A stretch of DNA of 64,000 nt, taken from assembly GCA_028875655.1 (NCBI GenBank), contig JAPPCX010000003.1, positions 522 to 64,521 on the forward strand, in the 5' to 3' direction. Shown here piece after piece: positions 35,187 to 46,263 of this stretch; within the stretch, counting starts at the first letter, position 1, and each line of letters begins with the position of its first letter. A program made the position numbers and the translations under genes. The stretch is from Chloroflexota bacterium (GTDB taxonomy: Bacteria; Chloroflexota; Dehalococcoidia; Lucifugimonadales; UBA3495). The notes beneath the pieces were generated by a model, which was not told the origin of the DNA, ran no database searches, and was given only the letters and a program-made list of their open reading frames with translations.

Positions 35187-38100
35187 TTGACTTTCCTGAC
35201 TGAACTAGCCTTGCGCCGCAAGTCGGTTACCGTCATGGCGATGATCCTGCTCCTGATAGCGGGCGTGTTTTCCTACAACCAGCTCCGCCAGGAGCTGTTC
35301 CCCGAAATTAGCTTCTCCATAGTTTATGTCGTCACCTCGTACCAGCAGGGCGATCCTTCAACCGTCGCCGCCGATGTGACCTCCAAAGTGGAGGATCTCA
35401 TCATCGGGATGCCCGACCTGGAGAAAATCACCTCGATTTCCACGGGCAATCTCTCCCTGGTGACCGCCAACTTCATCCCCGGCGCCGACGTGGAAGACGC
35501 GGAAGAGGAAATCAGGAGCCGGGCCAGCGGTCTCGCTTTGCCCGACGATGCCGGCGAGCCCTACGTCCTGCGACTGACCTCGGACGTTTTCCCGGTCATG
35601 CTCCTCAGCGTCAGCGGACAGCAGGACATTCCCGCTCTGCGACGCCTCACCGACGACGAGATTATCCCACGACTGGAAGCCATCAACGGTGTTTACGACG
35701 TAACGGTCGAAGGCGGCGTTCCGGAGCGGGTCTCCGTGATCGTTGACCCGGCCCGCACCAACGAGCACAACCTCACCATCCAGGACGTGGTCAACGCGGT
35801 TTCCGGCAACTCCATCGACCTCAGCGCCGGCACGTTGACCCGCGATGAGCGCTCCATCGGCCTGCGCGCCTACCAGGGCTACGCCAACCTGGATTCCATC
35901 CGCGACCTGCCGGTGGGATACACCAGGCCCGCGTCAAACCCCGCCAACCCCGCATCCGGGAACGCCACCGTCACGCCAATCCTTCTCTCCGACGTCGCCA
36001 CCGTAACCATCGACACACCGGAATCGGATACGGTTTCCCGCACCAACGGGCAGCCCAGCCTCTCGCTTCAGGTGCTCCGACTCCCCGACGGCAACACCAT
36101 CGAGATGACCCGCGAACTCCTGGTCGTCATCAACGGCCTCGACCTTCCGCCCGACGTGCAGGTCGATGTCCTCTACAACGATGGGCCGGCACTTGAGGAG
36201 CAGCTTGCCAACGTCGTTGGGCAGGGCGGCCTGGGTTTCCTCATCGCCGTTTCCGCAATCTTTATTTTCTTGCTGCAACTGCGCCCTACGGCAATCCGTG
36301 GCATTCTGCATACCCTGCGACCCACGCTGATCATCGCCATCTCCATACCGCTCAGCATCATGATCACCGTGCTCATCATGTCCATATTCGACTGGACGCT
36401 CAATTTCATGAGCCTGGCCGGGCTGGCCATCGCGGTGGGGCGTATTGTGGATGACAGCATCGTCGTGCTGGAAAACATCTACCGCCACATTCAGGCCGGC
36501 CCCCAGCGCATTCCCACCGGAGGCACGGACCCCCCCACGGCTTACCGGTTCGCCCCCCTGGGCGACAACCCCGGAGTGGCCGCCGCCATTCGGGGAACCC
36601 GCGAAGTGGCCGCCGCCATCATCGCTTCCACGTTGACCACGGTTGCCGTGTTTCTGCCTTTGGCATTCATCCCCGGCATTGTCGGCGAGTTTTTCCTCCC
36701 CTTTGCGCAAACCGTATGCGTCTCTCTGCTTGCTTCCACCTGCATTGCGCTGACCGCCGTGCCAGTTCTTGGTTCCATTCTCCTGCGCCGGGGTGATATG
36801 GCCGACGAGGAGGAAACGGCGGTAGAAGACACCTGGCTCCAGCGTATCTACACGCCGGTCCTCAGGTGGGCGCTCAACCACCCGCTTTTGACCGTTCTGG
36901 GTTGCATCGCCGCTGTCGCGGCCAGTCTGCCCCTCCTGATCATCCTGCCCATCACGCTCTTCTCCTCGGGTGAAGCCGAGTCCATGCGTATCGACGTCAC
37001 CATGCCCGAGAATACCGGCCCGTCCGCCATGTTCCGTGAAATACGGGATATTGAACAGGTTCTCGACGGCTACCTGGGCGCCGGTTACATCACCTCCTAC
37101 CAGGGCACCATGGGTTCCACCAGCCAGGATTTTGGCCCCAACGTCGGGGAAACCGGGTTTGACATAGCCGGGTTCTTCCTGGCCCTGTCCGACGACGTGC
37201 CCGCCGACTTCGCCGACGAACTCCGGCAAGCTTTGCCCGATAAAGAAAACGTGGACATACAGGTCTTTGTGGATTCTGCCGGTCCGCCTCAGGCCGGCAT
37301 TGAAATTGCCGTAACCGGCGGCAACTACAGTGAGGTCCAAAGCGCCGCCAACAACCTCGTTGAGCGTATCGCCCCTCTTGACGGCGTGGTCAACCTGAAA
37401 ACCAACGTCAGCGATAACAAGGAGGAACTCACCTTCGAAGTGGACACCGCCGAGGCCGGACGCTACGGCTTGAGTTCCCTTGCGGTTGCCGGCCAGATTC
37501 GCACTTGGGTGTACGGTAACGATGCTGCCGACGTCAGCCTGTCCGGCGATACCTATGACGTGGTGGTTCGCGGCGAGGACGAACAGGTTGACGAAATCGG
37601 CGAACTCCAGAACCTGCCCATTGCCGGCCCCTTTGGCGCCGTGCCCCTCGGGTCCATTAGTGATGTTAAGACCACCGTCGGCCCGGCCGTAGTCACGCAC
37701 TACGACGGCGACCGTTCCGTCACCATCACTGGGGAGATCGAAGCCCGCGATCCCCAGGCCACCAGCGCCCGCATCGACCGGGCCATCGACGACGCGAATT
37801 TGCCGCCGAACGTGAGGGTGCAGCAGGGCGGTTTCGCCAGTGATATTGAGGAGCAATTTCAGAGCGTCTATATTGCCATGGCCGTCGGTGTGGCGTTGGT
37901 GTATCTTGTCATGGTGGCGACCCTGGGTTCACTCCGCGACCCCTTCATCGTGGTGCTGAGCATGCCCTTGGCCGTGGTTGGCGCGCTGATCGCTCTCACG
38001 GTCACCGGGCGAGCGTTGAGCCTGCCCTCAATGATGGGACTCCTCTTCCTGATCGGCATTGTTGTCACCAATGCCATCGTGCTGATTATTTTCATCGATC

Positions 38101-38414
38101 AAATGCGTCAGCAGGGGTTGGCCGTAGTGGACGCCATCATGCTCGCCGGCCGCACTCGCCTCCGGCCGATTTTGATGACCGCCTTCACCACCATCCTGGC
38201 CCTGTTCCCCCTGGCATTCAGCAACGCCAGTGGCCTGGTTGGGTCGGAACTGGCTACCGTCGTGATCGGCGGCCTCATCAGCTCCACCTTCCTTACCCTA
38301 GTCGCGGTGCCCGTTACCTACGTGCTCCTCCACCAGGCGGTTCCCGATTTATTCGCGCGCGTTCGCCGGCTAATCCTCCGACCTGCCCCCGCCGAAATGG
38401 ACGCCGTTCCGTGA
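35187..38414 (+). CDS. RND efflux permease (AcrB/AcrD/AcrF family)
   Basis: GRIVDDSIVVLEN, STLTTVAVFLP, NAIVL and RLRPILMT motifs. Confidence 0.93.
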   Translation: MTFLTELALRRKSVTVMAMILLLIAGVFSYNQLRQELFPEISFSIVYVVTSYQQGDPSTVAADVTSKVEDLIIGMPDLEKITSISTGNLSLVTANFIPGADVEDAEEEIRSRASGLALPDDAGEPYVLRLTSDVFPVMLLSVSGQQDIPALRRLTDDEIIPRLEAINGVYDVTVEGGVPERVSVIVDPARTNEHNLTIQDVVNAVSGNSIDLSAGTLTRDERSIGLRAYQGYANLDSIRDLPVGYTRPASNPANPASGNATVTPILLSDVATVTIDTPESDTVSRTNGQPSLSLQVLRLPDGNTIEMTRELLVVINGLDLPPDVQVDVLYNDGPALEEQLANVVGQGGLGFLIAVSAIFIFLLQLRPTAIRGILHTLRPTLIIAISIPLSIMITVLIMSIFDWTLNFMSLAGLAIAVGRIVDDSIVVLENIYRHIQAGPQRIPTGGTDPPTAYRFAPLGDNPGVAAAIRGTREVAAAIIASTLTTVAVFLPLAFIPGIVGEFFLPFAQTVCVSLLASTCIALTAVPVLGSILLRRGDMADEEETAVEDTWLQRIYTPVLRWALNHPLLTVLGCIAAVAASLPLLIILPITLFSSGEAESMRIDVTMPENTGPSAMFREIRDIEQVLDGYLGAGYITSYQGTMGSTSQDFGPNVGETGFDIAGFFLALSDDVPADFADELRQALPDKENVDIQVFVDSAGPPQAGIEIAVTGGNYSEVQSAANNLVERIAPLDGVVNLKTNVSDNKEELTFEVDTAEAGRYGLSSLAVAGQIRTWVYGNDAADVSLSGDTYDVVVRGEDEQVDEIGELQNLPIAGPFGAVPLGSISDVKTTVGPAVVTHYDGDRSVTITGEIEARDPQATSARIDRAIDDANLPPNVRVQQGGFASDIEEQFQSVYIAMAVGVALVYLVMVATLGSLRDPFIVVLSMPLAVVGALIALTVTGRALSLPSMMGLLFLIGIVVTNAIVLIIFIDQMRQQGLAVVDAIMLAGRTRLRPILMTAFTTILALFPLAFSNASGLVGSELATVVIGGLISSTFLTLVAVPVTYVLLHQAVPDLFARVRRLILRPAPAEMDAVP

Positions 38415-38460
38415 TGGGCCGCTATCCTACGTGCGCCCCAACCTTGTCTCGCGAGGAACG

Positions 38461-40407
38461 ATGTTGAAATTCAAACTTGATCTGCCGCCACTACGCCTGG
38501 TTTCTCGCGTCGGTTCTGCTCCGCTGGCGCTGGCTATCCTGTCGTCGATGCTGTTCATCGGCTGCGGGTCCAGCGCCGATAGCGCGACCGCGACCGAATC
38601 CGGAGGCGCTCCAAGCGTCGCGGCTGCGGAAATCAATAACGCGGTCAGCGACTTTCGCGTACGCAGCGAGCTGATATTCTCCACCCGGGCCGATCTGTCC
38701 TTCCAGATGTCCGGAGAAGTGGGCTCAGTCAACGTGTCCGTTGGCGACCTTGTTTCCGCTGGCGACGCGCTGGCCACCCTGGACTCCGACACTGTGACCA
38801 ACCTCCGGCATGCCGAAGCCCTCGCCAAGTTCAAGGTCGAGGATACGCAGGACAAGTTGGACAGTGTCCTGGGCTTGCAGTCCGACGACTCGTTGGTTCG
38901 CGCCCGCGCCGAAAACGCCCTGGCGCAAGCCGAGAACGCCCTGGCGCAAGCCGAGGTGGCGCTGGAAAATGCTCAGGACGCTCTTGAAGACTATCAGTTG
39001 GATCATGACGTCGCTCTCAGCGCCGCCGTCCAGCGCGTCGCCGACGCCACCGCCGCCCTTGACCGCGCCGAGGAGGCGGTTACCGACTTCGCCGATGCCC
39101 ACGGCCAGCAGTTCGCCAACGCACTGGCCGCTCGCGCCCAGGCCCGCACTGCCCTTGACGCCGCCCAGGACGCCGTAACCGACTTCCTCCCGCTCTATGA
39201 CGAATCCGTCAGCAAGCTCCGCAGCCGCATTTCCCAAACCGAAATTGCCCTGGATCAGTCTCGGGACAATCTCCGGGATTTCGATAAGAATCACGCCGAC
39301 CGGCTGTCTCAGGCCCGGCAGAATCTGGGCGCGGCCGAAACCACGCTGGACGCCGCGCAAGACCGGCTGGACGCGTTCTACGTGAAAATCGTCAACGAGG
39401 AATTCCATCAGCTCAGGGACGGACAGAACTTTGACGTCGTTCAGCTCAACTCCCTCCAGGCTGCGGTGGACGCCGCCCAACGATCCGTTGAAACGTTGGA
39501 GAGAGACATTACCGAGCTCGAAGCCGGGCCCAAGGAGATCGATCGCGCGGCTATCGAGACGCGCATCGCCGAATTGGAAGTCACTCTGACTACCCTCAAC
39601 CGCGAGCTGAATGACGCCCTGGACGGCCCCGATCAGGATGAGCTGAATCGTTTGGAAGCCAACGTCCTGGTTGCCCAGGAGCGTCTCAACACCGCAGAGC
39701 GCAACTTGGCCGAAGTAGAAGAGGGGGTCGATCAGATCGAACTCGCTCGACTCGAAACCGCGGTTGACACAGCCATGGTCGCGCTGGAATCGGCCCGGTA
39801 CAGGCTGGAACGCCTTGAGGAAGGGCCGGATGCCGCCACCGTCACCGCGCTCACTCAGGCTGTCGCCGCGCGCGCCCAGGCCGTCGCCACCGCCCGCGAA
39901 ACCCGCCACGATCTTGCCGCCGGGCCCGACCCCGCGGCCGTCGCCCTGGCTGAGGCCAACGTCGCCGATGCCCTCGTTGATTACGCCGACGTGCAGGAAG
40001 ACCTGGAGGATACCGTCATACGCGCTCCGTTTGACGGCCTGGTGCGTCTGGTGACCATCGAACCCGAGGACGCCATCAGGGTCGATGCCCGCGTCATCCA
40101 GCTGGTTGACCCGACGGATATCAGCGTGCAGGGCCTTCTGGAAACCAACTACATCGAGCGCGTAACCCCTGGTACTGCTGCCACCGTAACCGTAGCCGCC
40201 TTGCCGGGAGTGACGTTCGACGCCACCGTGGAGTCGGTCAATCAGGACGCGCGCACTGAGCGCGGCGTGATCAGCTTCCCGGTGAACTTCAGCGTCGTCA
40301 TCCCCGATGGAGTCCAGATCCCACCGAATCCCGGCCTGGTAACTACCACCGTCATTATGGGAGATGCGCCGCCTCCGTCTGGAAGACCTGACCGGCAGCG
40401 GGGCTGA
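38461..40407 (+). CDS. HlyD-family adaptor subunit with very long coiled coil, lipoprotein-like signal
   Basis: LFIGC lipobox-like sequence; LSFQMSGEV..VNVSVGDLV and IRAPFDGLV lipoyl halves flanking heptad repeats. Confidence 0.85.
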   Translation: MLKFKLDLPPLRLVSRVGSAPLALAILSSMLFIGCGSSADSATATESGGAPSVAAAEINNAVSDFRVRSELIFSTRADLSFQMSGEVGSVNVSVGDLVSAGDALATLDSDTVTNLRHAEALAKFKVEDTQDKLDSVLGLQSDDSLVRARAENALAQAENALAQAEVALENAQDALEDYQLDHDVALSAAVQRVADATAALDRAEEAVTDFADAHGQQFANALAARAQARTALDAAQDAVTDFLPLYDESVSKLRSRISQTEIALDQSRDNLRDFDKNHADRLSQARQNLGAAETTLDAAQDRLDAFYVKIVNEEFHQLRDGQNFDVVQLNSLQAAVDAAQRSVETLERDITELEAGPKEIDRAAIETRIAELEVTLTTLNRELNDALDGPDQDELNRLEANVLVAQERLNTAERNLAEVEEGVDQIELARLETAVDTAMVALESARYRLERLEEGPDAATVTALTQAVAARAQAVATARETRHDLAAGPDPAAVALAEANVADALVDYADVQEDLEDTVIRAPFDGLVRLVTIEPEDAIRVDARVIQLVDPTDISVQGLLETNYIERVTPGTAATVTVAALPGVTFDATVESVNQDARTERGVISFPVNFSVVIPDGVQIPPNPGLVTTTVIMGDAPPPSGRPDRQRG

Positions 40408-40409
40408 TA

Positions 40410-41303
40410 CTAAAGCAGTCCCGCTCCTCGAAGCGTCTGTTGCGCCGTAACCCCGATATCCGCCGGCGTCGGGATGATGACCGCTCCGGCGGCTTCCAGG
40501 GCGCGGGTTTTCGATTCCGCAGTGGCGCTTTCGCCGGTGATGATCGCTCCGGCGTGTCCCATTCGTTTTCCCGACGGCGCGGTTGCGCCCACGATGAGCG
40601 AGCAAATCGGCTTTGTGAACTCCGACGACCCGATGTACTCGGCCGCTTCCTGCTCCATGGTCCCGCCGATCTCACCGATGAACACCACCATATCGGTGTT
40701 CGGATCGTCGTTGTAGAGATTGAGAATGTCCACAAAGCTGCTGCCGATGATGGGGTCTCCTCCGATGCCCACGCAAGACGACTGCCCGATGCCCAGGTCC
40801 GTCAACTGCCCCACCGCCTCGTAGGTCAAAGTCCCGCTGCGCGAAACTACGCCCACCCGGCCCGGCATGTGGATGTTCCCCGGCATGATGCCCACCTTGC
40901 AGCGCGCGCCGGGGTTGATCATGCCCGGGCAGTTCGGCCCGATCAGTCGCACGCCGCTAGCCTTCACGTAGCGGTACACTCCCACCATGTCCTGCACCGG
41001 TATCCCCTCGGTGATGCAGGCAATGAGCGGAACTCCCGCGTCCACCGACTCGGCAATGGCGTCGGCTGCGAACGGCGGCGGCACAAAGATCAGCGCCACG
41101 TTCGCCCGCGTCGCGTCCACCGCATCGCCCACGGAGTCGAACACCGGCACGGCGTCGTCAAACAACTGCCCGCCGCGGCCCGGCGTCACTCCCGCCACCA
41201 CCTGCGTGCCGTAAGCCTTGCACGCCCGCGCGTGGAAACTGCCTTCGCGACCGGTGATGCCCTGCACCAAGATGCGCGATTGCTCGTCGAGTAAGATCCC
41301 CAT
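40410..41303 (-). CDS. sucD: Succinyl-CoA ligase alpha subunit
   Basis: [21 protein letters not shown] and MGHAGA motifs. Confidence 0.96.
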   Translation of the reverse strand: MGILLDEQSRILVQGITGREGSFHARACKAYGTQVVAGVTPGRGGQLFDDAVPVFDSVGDAVDATRANVALIFVPPPFAADAIAESVDAGVPLIACITEGIPVQDMVGVYRYVKASGVRLIGPNCPGMINPGARCKVGIMPGNIHMPGRVGVVSRSGTLTYEAVGQLTDLGIGQSSCVGIGGDPIIGSSFVDILNLYNDDPNTDMVVFIGEIGGTMEQEAAEYIGSSEFTKPICSLIVGATAPSGKRMGHAGAIITGESATAESKTRALEAAGAVIIPTPADIGVTAQQTLRGAGLL

Positions 41304-41310
41304 TTGCCGC

Positions 41311-42477
41311 TCAGCCCTGCGCGCCAGCGCGCGCCGAGAGGGCCGCCGCCGCTTCCGTCAAAGTGTCGGTGAAAGTTACGTCTAGGCCCGAATGCGCCAG
41401 GATTTCCTTGCCTTCTTCAAGGTTTGTGCCCAGCATCCGCACCACCATCGGTTGCGTTGCCCGGTGCTCCTCGTAGGCCATCACTATGCCTCGCGCCGCC
41501 ACATCGCACCGCAGGATCCCGCCGAAGATGTTCACCAGCACCTGGCTTACCTTGGGATCCGACAGGATGATCCCCACTGCGGTGGCAACCTTCTCTTCCG
41601 TCGCCCCGCCGCCCACGTCCAGGAAGTTGGCGGGAGCCGCTCCGGCTGCATTGGCGACATCCAGCGTCGCCATGGCGAGGCCGGCGCCGTTCACCAGGCA
41701 GCCCACGCTGCCGTCCAGGCTGACGTATGCTATGTCGTCGTCCGCGGCCCGCGCCTCAAGCTGGTCTTCCTGGCTGCGGTCCCGCAACGCGTGCAGGTTG
41801 GAATGCCGGAACAGCGCGTCGTCCTCAACGTCCATCTTGGCGTCCAGGGCAACCACCTCGCCTTCCCCGGTAACAATCAGGGGGTTCACTTCCACCAGGG
41901 AGCAGTCGTTCTCGGTGAATATCCGATACAGCCTGCTCAATATGTCGGCTCCCTGCCGCGCCGTCGCTCCCGACATTCCCAGCCGGGCCGCCACCCGCCG
42001 GCACTGGAACGGCATCAGGCCAAGCGTCGGTTCCACCGCCTCCGTGATGATGGCGTCCGGATTAGTGGCGGCCACCTCTTCAATCGACATCCCGCCGGCC
42101 GCGCTGGCGATGAGCACCGGCCCCCGGTGGTTCCGGTCCATGGTCAATGCTACGTACATCTCGCTGGCGATGTCGGCCAGTTCCTCCACCAGCACCGTGT
42201 CAACCGGGACGCCGCTTGCGTCGGTCTGGTGCGTCACCAGGCGCGAACCCAACAGTCCGTCGGTAAATTCACGTCCTTCTTCGGCCGAACCGACTACCTT
42301 CACGCCGCCGGCCAGTCCCCGCCCTCCGGCATGGACCTGCGCCTTGACAACCCCCCTGCCGCCGAATGATGAGATGGCTTCGGCTGCTTCTGCCGGTGTA
42401 CTCGCCACCTTCCCGTTGGGAATTGGAATACCGTACTCGGCGAAAATCGTTTTCGCTTGATGCTCGTGCAGTTTCAT
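41311..42477 (-). CDS. sucC: Succinyl-CoA ligase beta subunit
   Basis: [28 protein letters not shown] and NIFGGI motifs. Confidence 0.96.
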   Translation of the reverse strand: MKLHEHQAKTIFAEYGIPIPNGKVASTPAEAAEAISSFGGRGVVKAQVHAGGRGLAGGVKVVGSAEEGREFTDGLLGSRLVTHQTDASGVPVDTVLVEELADIASEMYVALTMDRNHRGPVLIASAAGGMSIEEVAATNPDAIITEAVEPTLGLMPFQCRRVAARLGMSGATARQGADILSRLYRIFTENDCSLVEVNPLIVTGEGEVVALDAKMDVEDDALFRHSNLHALRDRSQEDQLEARAADDDIAYVSLDGSVGCLVNGAGLAMATLDVANAAGAAPANFLDVGGGATEEKVATAVGIILSDPKVSQVLVNIFGGILRCDVAARGIVMAYEEHRATQPMVVRMLGTNLEEGKEILAHSGLDVTFTDTLTEAAAALSARAGAQG

Positions 42478-42623
42478 CGCGCCGGGTATTTTGCCCTACG
42501 CCGGCCCTGCCGTCAACGCGCCGCCCCTCAATGTCAAATCAGGCAGGCGTGAAGCCCCGCGCATGGCGCATAATGTCACATAGCCTTTCAAGGTAGAGAG
42601 TTCCTGCCTGCTACCGTAATTCC

Positions 42624-44042
42624 ATGTCTGAACCAAGACCCCGAACCCTCCGTGCCGAAACCATGGGCACCGCGCCCATGTAGTTCCTGCTGCTGCAAAT
42701 GTCGTTGCCCCCGATGCTGGCTATCGTCGTGATGGCCCTCTACAGCATCGTTGACCGCGCCTTCGTCGGCAACGTCATCGGGGTGGATGCCCTCAGCGGA
42801 TTATCCGCAGCCTTTCCCGCGCAGATTGCCGCCGTCGCCATCGGTCTCCTGCCCGGCCTCGGCGGCATGTCGGTCGTGTCCCGCGCCCTGGGCACCCGGG
42901 ACACCCGGCAGGCATCCCGCGTCATCGGATCGTCGCTGGCGATTTTGGCCCCCATCTACCTGGCTATCACGATAGCCGGTTTGCTGTACCTGGACGGACT
43001 TACCTCGTTGCTGGGCGCATCGCCCGACACCGCTCCTTACGCTCGCGAGTACCTGGCAATCATCCTGCCGGGCGGCTTCCTCACCATGCTGGCGATTGCG
43101 GCGAATAACCTGTTTATGGCCGAGGGCCGGCCGGGCTCCGCGACCATCGTTCTGGCCGGCGGAGCCGTTGCCAACGTGATTCTGGACGCCCTGTTCATCC
43201 TGGTGTTCGGTTGGGGAATTACCGGGGCCGCCGCCGCTACCGTCCTGGCCCAGGGGCTGGCCGTCCTCTACATCGCGTGGTTTTATCTCTCGGGCCGCAG
43301 CGCGCTCACTATCACGTTCGACGCGTTGCGACCGCGCCTCGGCCTGGGTCGGGAAATCGTTGCCCTGGGCTTGCCCATTTTCATCATCGAGGCGGCCCGT
43401 TCCATCGTCGTTGTGGTCATCAACAACATCCTGGCCCGATACGCCGACGGAGACGCTTACATCGCCCTGTTCGGGGTAATCAATTCGGTGCTGGAATTCG
43501 CGCTGGCGCCGTTCATTGGGGTCGCGCTGGCGTTCCTGCCCCTGGCAGCCTACAACTACGGCGCGCGCAACTATCCCCGCATACGTCAGGCGATGTGGCA
43601 AAGCTGCCTGGGCGCGACGGTCGCCGGCGCGCTGGTGATTGCCCTCCTGCTGCCGCTCTGTGGACACATCATACGCCTGTTCGCCGAGGCGAACGCGCTG
43701 CCATCCGAGGCCGCCGACGCCCTGCGCGTTGCCTTGCTGGCCCTGCCCATCGTGGGCGTGGAGTTCGTCAGCTCAGTCGCGTTTCAGGCTCTGGGCAAAG
43801 CGTGGCCCTCCGTGGCTCTCACCGTCACTCAGCGTGTGCTCATGTTGCTGCTGTGGGTCTTCGTCTTGTCGGAGGCTTTGGGCGTATGGGGTGTCTGGTG
43901 GTCCTTTCCCGTCACCGACGTCACCGCCATGCTCCTGGGCTTCGGAGCGTTGGCCCTGGTCTGGCGCCGCGCCGAAAAGTGGGGCGAGGCAGACTATGGT
44001 CGCAGAGTGGGCAATTTTGACACCGCCGTAGGTCGGCAGTAG
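42624..44042 (+). CDS. MATE-family efflux transporter with in-frame TAG at 42681-42683 (pseudogene, or restart at ATG 42699)
   Basis: MSEPRPRTLRAETMGTAPM*FLLLQMSLPPM...YSIVDRAFVG, NVILDALFI and GAAAATVLAQ. Confidence 0.8.
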
Positions 44043-44095
44043 CATGGGCGCAACTCTCAGCATCCGCGCCACGATGTACCAACGGAGGGAACACC

Positions 44096-44551
44096 ATGGC
44101 AATGCACTCTTCCGGCGTTTCCCATATCGCCGTCTGCGTCCGCGACCTGGACGAATCTCTCAAGTTCTACCGCGACATACTGGGCATGACCGTAACCGTT
44201 GACCGTGTGCAGGATACGTCCACCGGCGGCCTGCCCCACGTGTACGCCCACGATCGCGCTACCCGGCGACAGGCCATACTATCCTACGGCGACGGCGCGA
44301 TACCCACGCTGGTAATGACCAGCCATCCCGGCGACAATGCCGACGGCGCGGCCATCAAGCTCGACCAGGTTGGTATCAGCCACATTTCCTTCACCGTGCC
44401 CGACGTAAAGGCCCTTGCTGACGAACTAATCGCCGCCGGCGTGGAACTGGCCGGCCCCATGGACGGGTTCACCAACGCCGACGGCCATGTCTCCAGCATC
44501 TTCGTGTACGATCCCGACGGCATCCTGGTGCAGTTCGACGCCGGTGGTTAG
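44096..44551 (+). CDS. VOC/glyoxalase family protein
   Basis: HIAVCVRDL, HISFTV and DPDGILVQF motifs. Confidence 0.88.
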   Translation: MAMHSSGVSHIAVCVRDLDESLKFYRDILGMTVTVDRVQDTSTGGLPHVYAHDRATRRQAILSYGDGAIPTLVMTSHPGDNADGAAIKLDQVGISHISFTVPDVKALADELIAAGVELAGPMDGFTNADGHVSSIFVYDPDGILVQFDAGG

Positions 44552-44565
44552 CGGAGGATTACCCC

Positions 44566-45033
44566 ATGGCAACAGTGCAGAAAATCACCCCCTTTCTCTG
44601 GCTGGACGGCGTCGCCCGCGAAGCCGCCGATTTCTACGTGTCGATCTTCCCCAACTCCCGGATCGTCTCCAGCGAGACCTTCGGCGACGGTCCGGCCGCC
44701 GGCAGCTCCACCGTGGCTTTCGAGTTGGAAGGCGTGCAATTCGTCGCCTTCGATGGCATTCCCGCCATCGAGTTCACCGAAGCGATCTCCTTCATGGTCT
44801 CGTGCGACTCCCAGGACGAGATCGACCACCTATGGGATAATCTCACCGCCGGCGGAACCGAGATCCAATGCGGGTGGCTTAAGGATCGCTACGGCGTCAC
44901 CTGGCAGATTATTCCCAAAGATCTCCCCGCGTGGCTGATGAGCGGCCCCAATGCCAACCGGGTCATGGAGGCGATGCTGCCCATGAAGAAGCTGGATCTG
45001 CGAAAACTGTCGGAAGTGCACCAGGGAGGTTAG
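44566..45033 (+). CDS. VOC family (PhnB/3-dmu-9 type) protein
   Basis: KITPFLW, QCGWLKDRYGVTWQ and MKKLD motifs. Confidence 0.9.
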   Translation: MATVQKITPFLWLDGVAREAADFYVSIFPNSRIVSSETFGDGPAAGSSTVAFELEGVQFVAFDGIPAIEFTEAISFMVSCDSQDEIDHLWDNLTAGGTEIQCGWLKDRYGVTWQIIPKDLPAWLMSGPNANRVMEAMLPMKKLDLRKLSEVHQGG

Positions 45034-45039
45034 CCCATC

Positions 45040-45579
45040 ATGTCCCACCACTACGACGAGCACGACCACGATAAACTGCTGCGCTGGCGCGACGACTTGC
45101 AAGGCGCTGCTATCGTGGACGGCGATTTCCCGGCCATAGCCCTTTTCCTGGTTAAACCGCAGGCCGCCGGTTCCCACGAAATCTTCCGGAGGTTCCGCAC
45201 CGAGTTTGAACAGCGCGACGCCAGCTTTGCCCACCTGGTAATATTCGGAATGCACGGCGTCTCATCCGCGGTGCGCAGTCTGCTGGCCCAAACCAGCCTG
45301 TCTGAATCCGACCTGCCGGTGATGCTGCTGGCGCCGGCCGCCGAACCCGCCGCCGTCATCGCCGTGCAACTCCCCTCCGGCGATAGTCTGGAGGGTGGAA
45401 ACGATCCCAACGGCGACGGCACGTGCGACTATCTCGCTCCCTGGCAGGATGTCCTCGACCGGATCCGCATCACCAAACGTGGCCGACCGCTGCGCCTCAT
45501 GGGCGTCCAGGGCCGCAAGCTCGACGGCCCCGACCTGCGCGATTTGGCAGCAGCGGCGCTGGAAACTGTTGCCGCCTGA
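45040..45579 (+). CDS. Hypothetical protein
   Basis: GGAGG SD, genome-typical codon usage, operonic position. Confidence 0.65.
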   Translation: MSHHYDEHDHDKLLRWRDDLQGAAIVDGDFPAIALFLVKPQAAGSHEIFRRFRTEFEQRDASFAHLVIFGMHGVSSAVRSLLAQTSLSESDLPVMLLAPAAEPAAVIAVQLPSGDSLEGGNDPNGDGTCDYLAPWQDVLDRIRITKRGRPLRLMGVQGRKLDGPDLRDLAAAALETVAA

Positions 45580-45606
45580 TGCGATCTTGACAGGCTACTC
45601 GATGCC

Positions 45607-46239
45607 TCATCTTTTGTTCTTGCATGGCCCTAAGCGCCGCAGCGTCTCCGCCAGCGCTTCCTCCATATCCTCCGGCCCTTGCACCAGGATGTGCGGGCGG
45701 GGCACTGGCAGGTCTGCCACCGCCATGCGAGAGTACACCTCCCAACCGGCATCGCTCTGAGCGGCGTCGCCGACTCCGCTCTCCCGTTCGGCCATGCGCT
45801 TCCGGATCAGGTTCGGATGCGCCGTAAAACGAATGATCACCGGTTCAACGCCCACGTCGTCCGCCGCCGCATACAGGGGTAACCGCACGTTCTCGTTCAG
45901 GTTGGTGGCGTCAAATACCACGGAGTAACCGTCCCGCAGGTACCCGCGCGTCAGCACGTGCATGGCCGCAAAGACCCGTCGATGCTCCCGGCGGCTGTAC
46001 TGCGGACGTGCCACCAGTAGTTTGCGTGTCCGATCACTGTTCAGCCAGACGAACGGCGCCCGCGATGCAAGCTCTCGGGCGAAATGTGACTTGCCGGTTC
46101 CGGGCAGCCCGCACAGCACCACCAGGCAGGGGGACTCCGAACGGGCCGGCATCCCATCGGCATGAACTGTCCGCAGGAAAGACAGGTCCTTTGGACGCAG
46201 ACCGCCGGCGGTCCAGAATTTTCCGCGAGGCCGTGGCAT
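45607..46239 (-). CDS. AAA_33 P-loop kinase
   Basis: GLPGTGKS Walker A, SDRTRK and VFDATN motifs. Confidence 0.85.
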   Translation of the reverse strand: MPRPRGKFWTAGGLRPKDLSFLRTVHADGMPARSESPCLVVLCGLPGTGKSHFARELASRAPFVWLNSDRTRKLLVARPQYSRREHRRVFAAMHVLTRGYLRDGYSVVFDATNLNENVRLPLYAAADDVGVEPVIIRFTAHPNLIRKRMAERESGVGDAAQSDAGWEVYSRMAVADLPVPRPHILVQGPEDMEEALAETLRRLGPCKNKR

Positions 46240-46263
46240 CCCTGGGCGCCCGTTGCCGTCAGG

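Noticed and set aside
35934-40605. Long antisense ORFs (35934-37856, 38725-40605) and similar ones at 7022-7972, 13434-14813 and 30661-32082
   Set aside because: Shadow frames of well-supported genes in GC-rich DNA, with no recognisable motifs.
42530-42615. CAGGCAGG...CCTGCCTG inverted repeat upstream of MATE as a riboswitch
   Set aside because: Only an 8-bp stem; no recognisable aptamer consensus or terminator.
42681-42683. Pyrrolysine or amber recoding in MATE
   Set aside because: No pyl genes are in the window and TAG terminates several normal genes.
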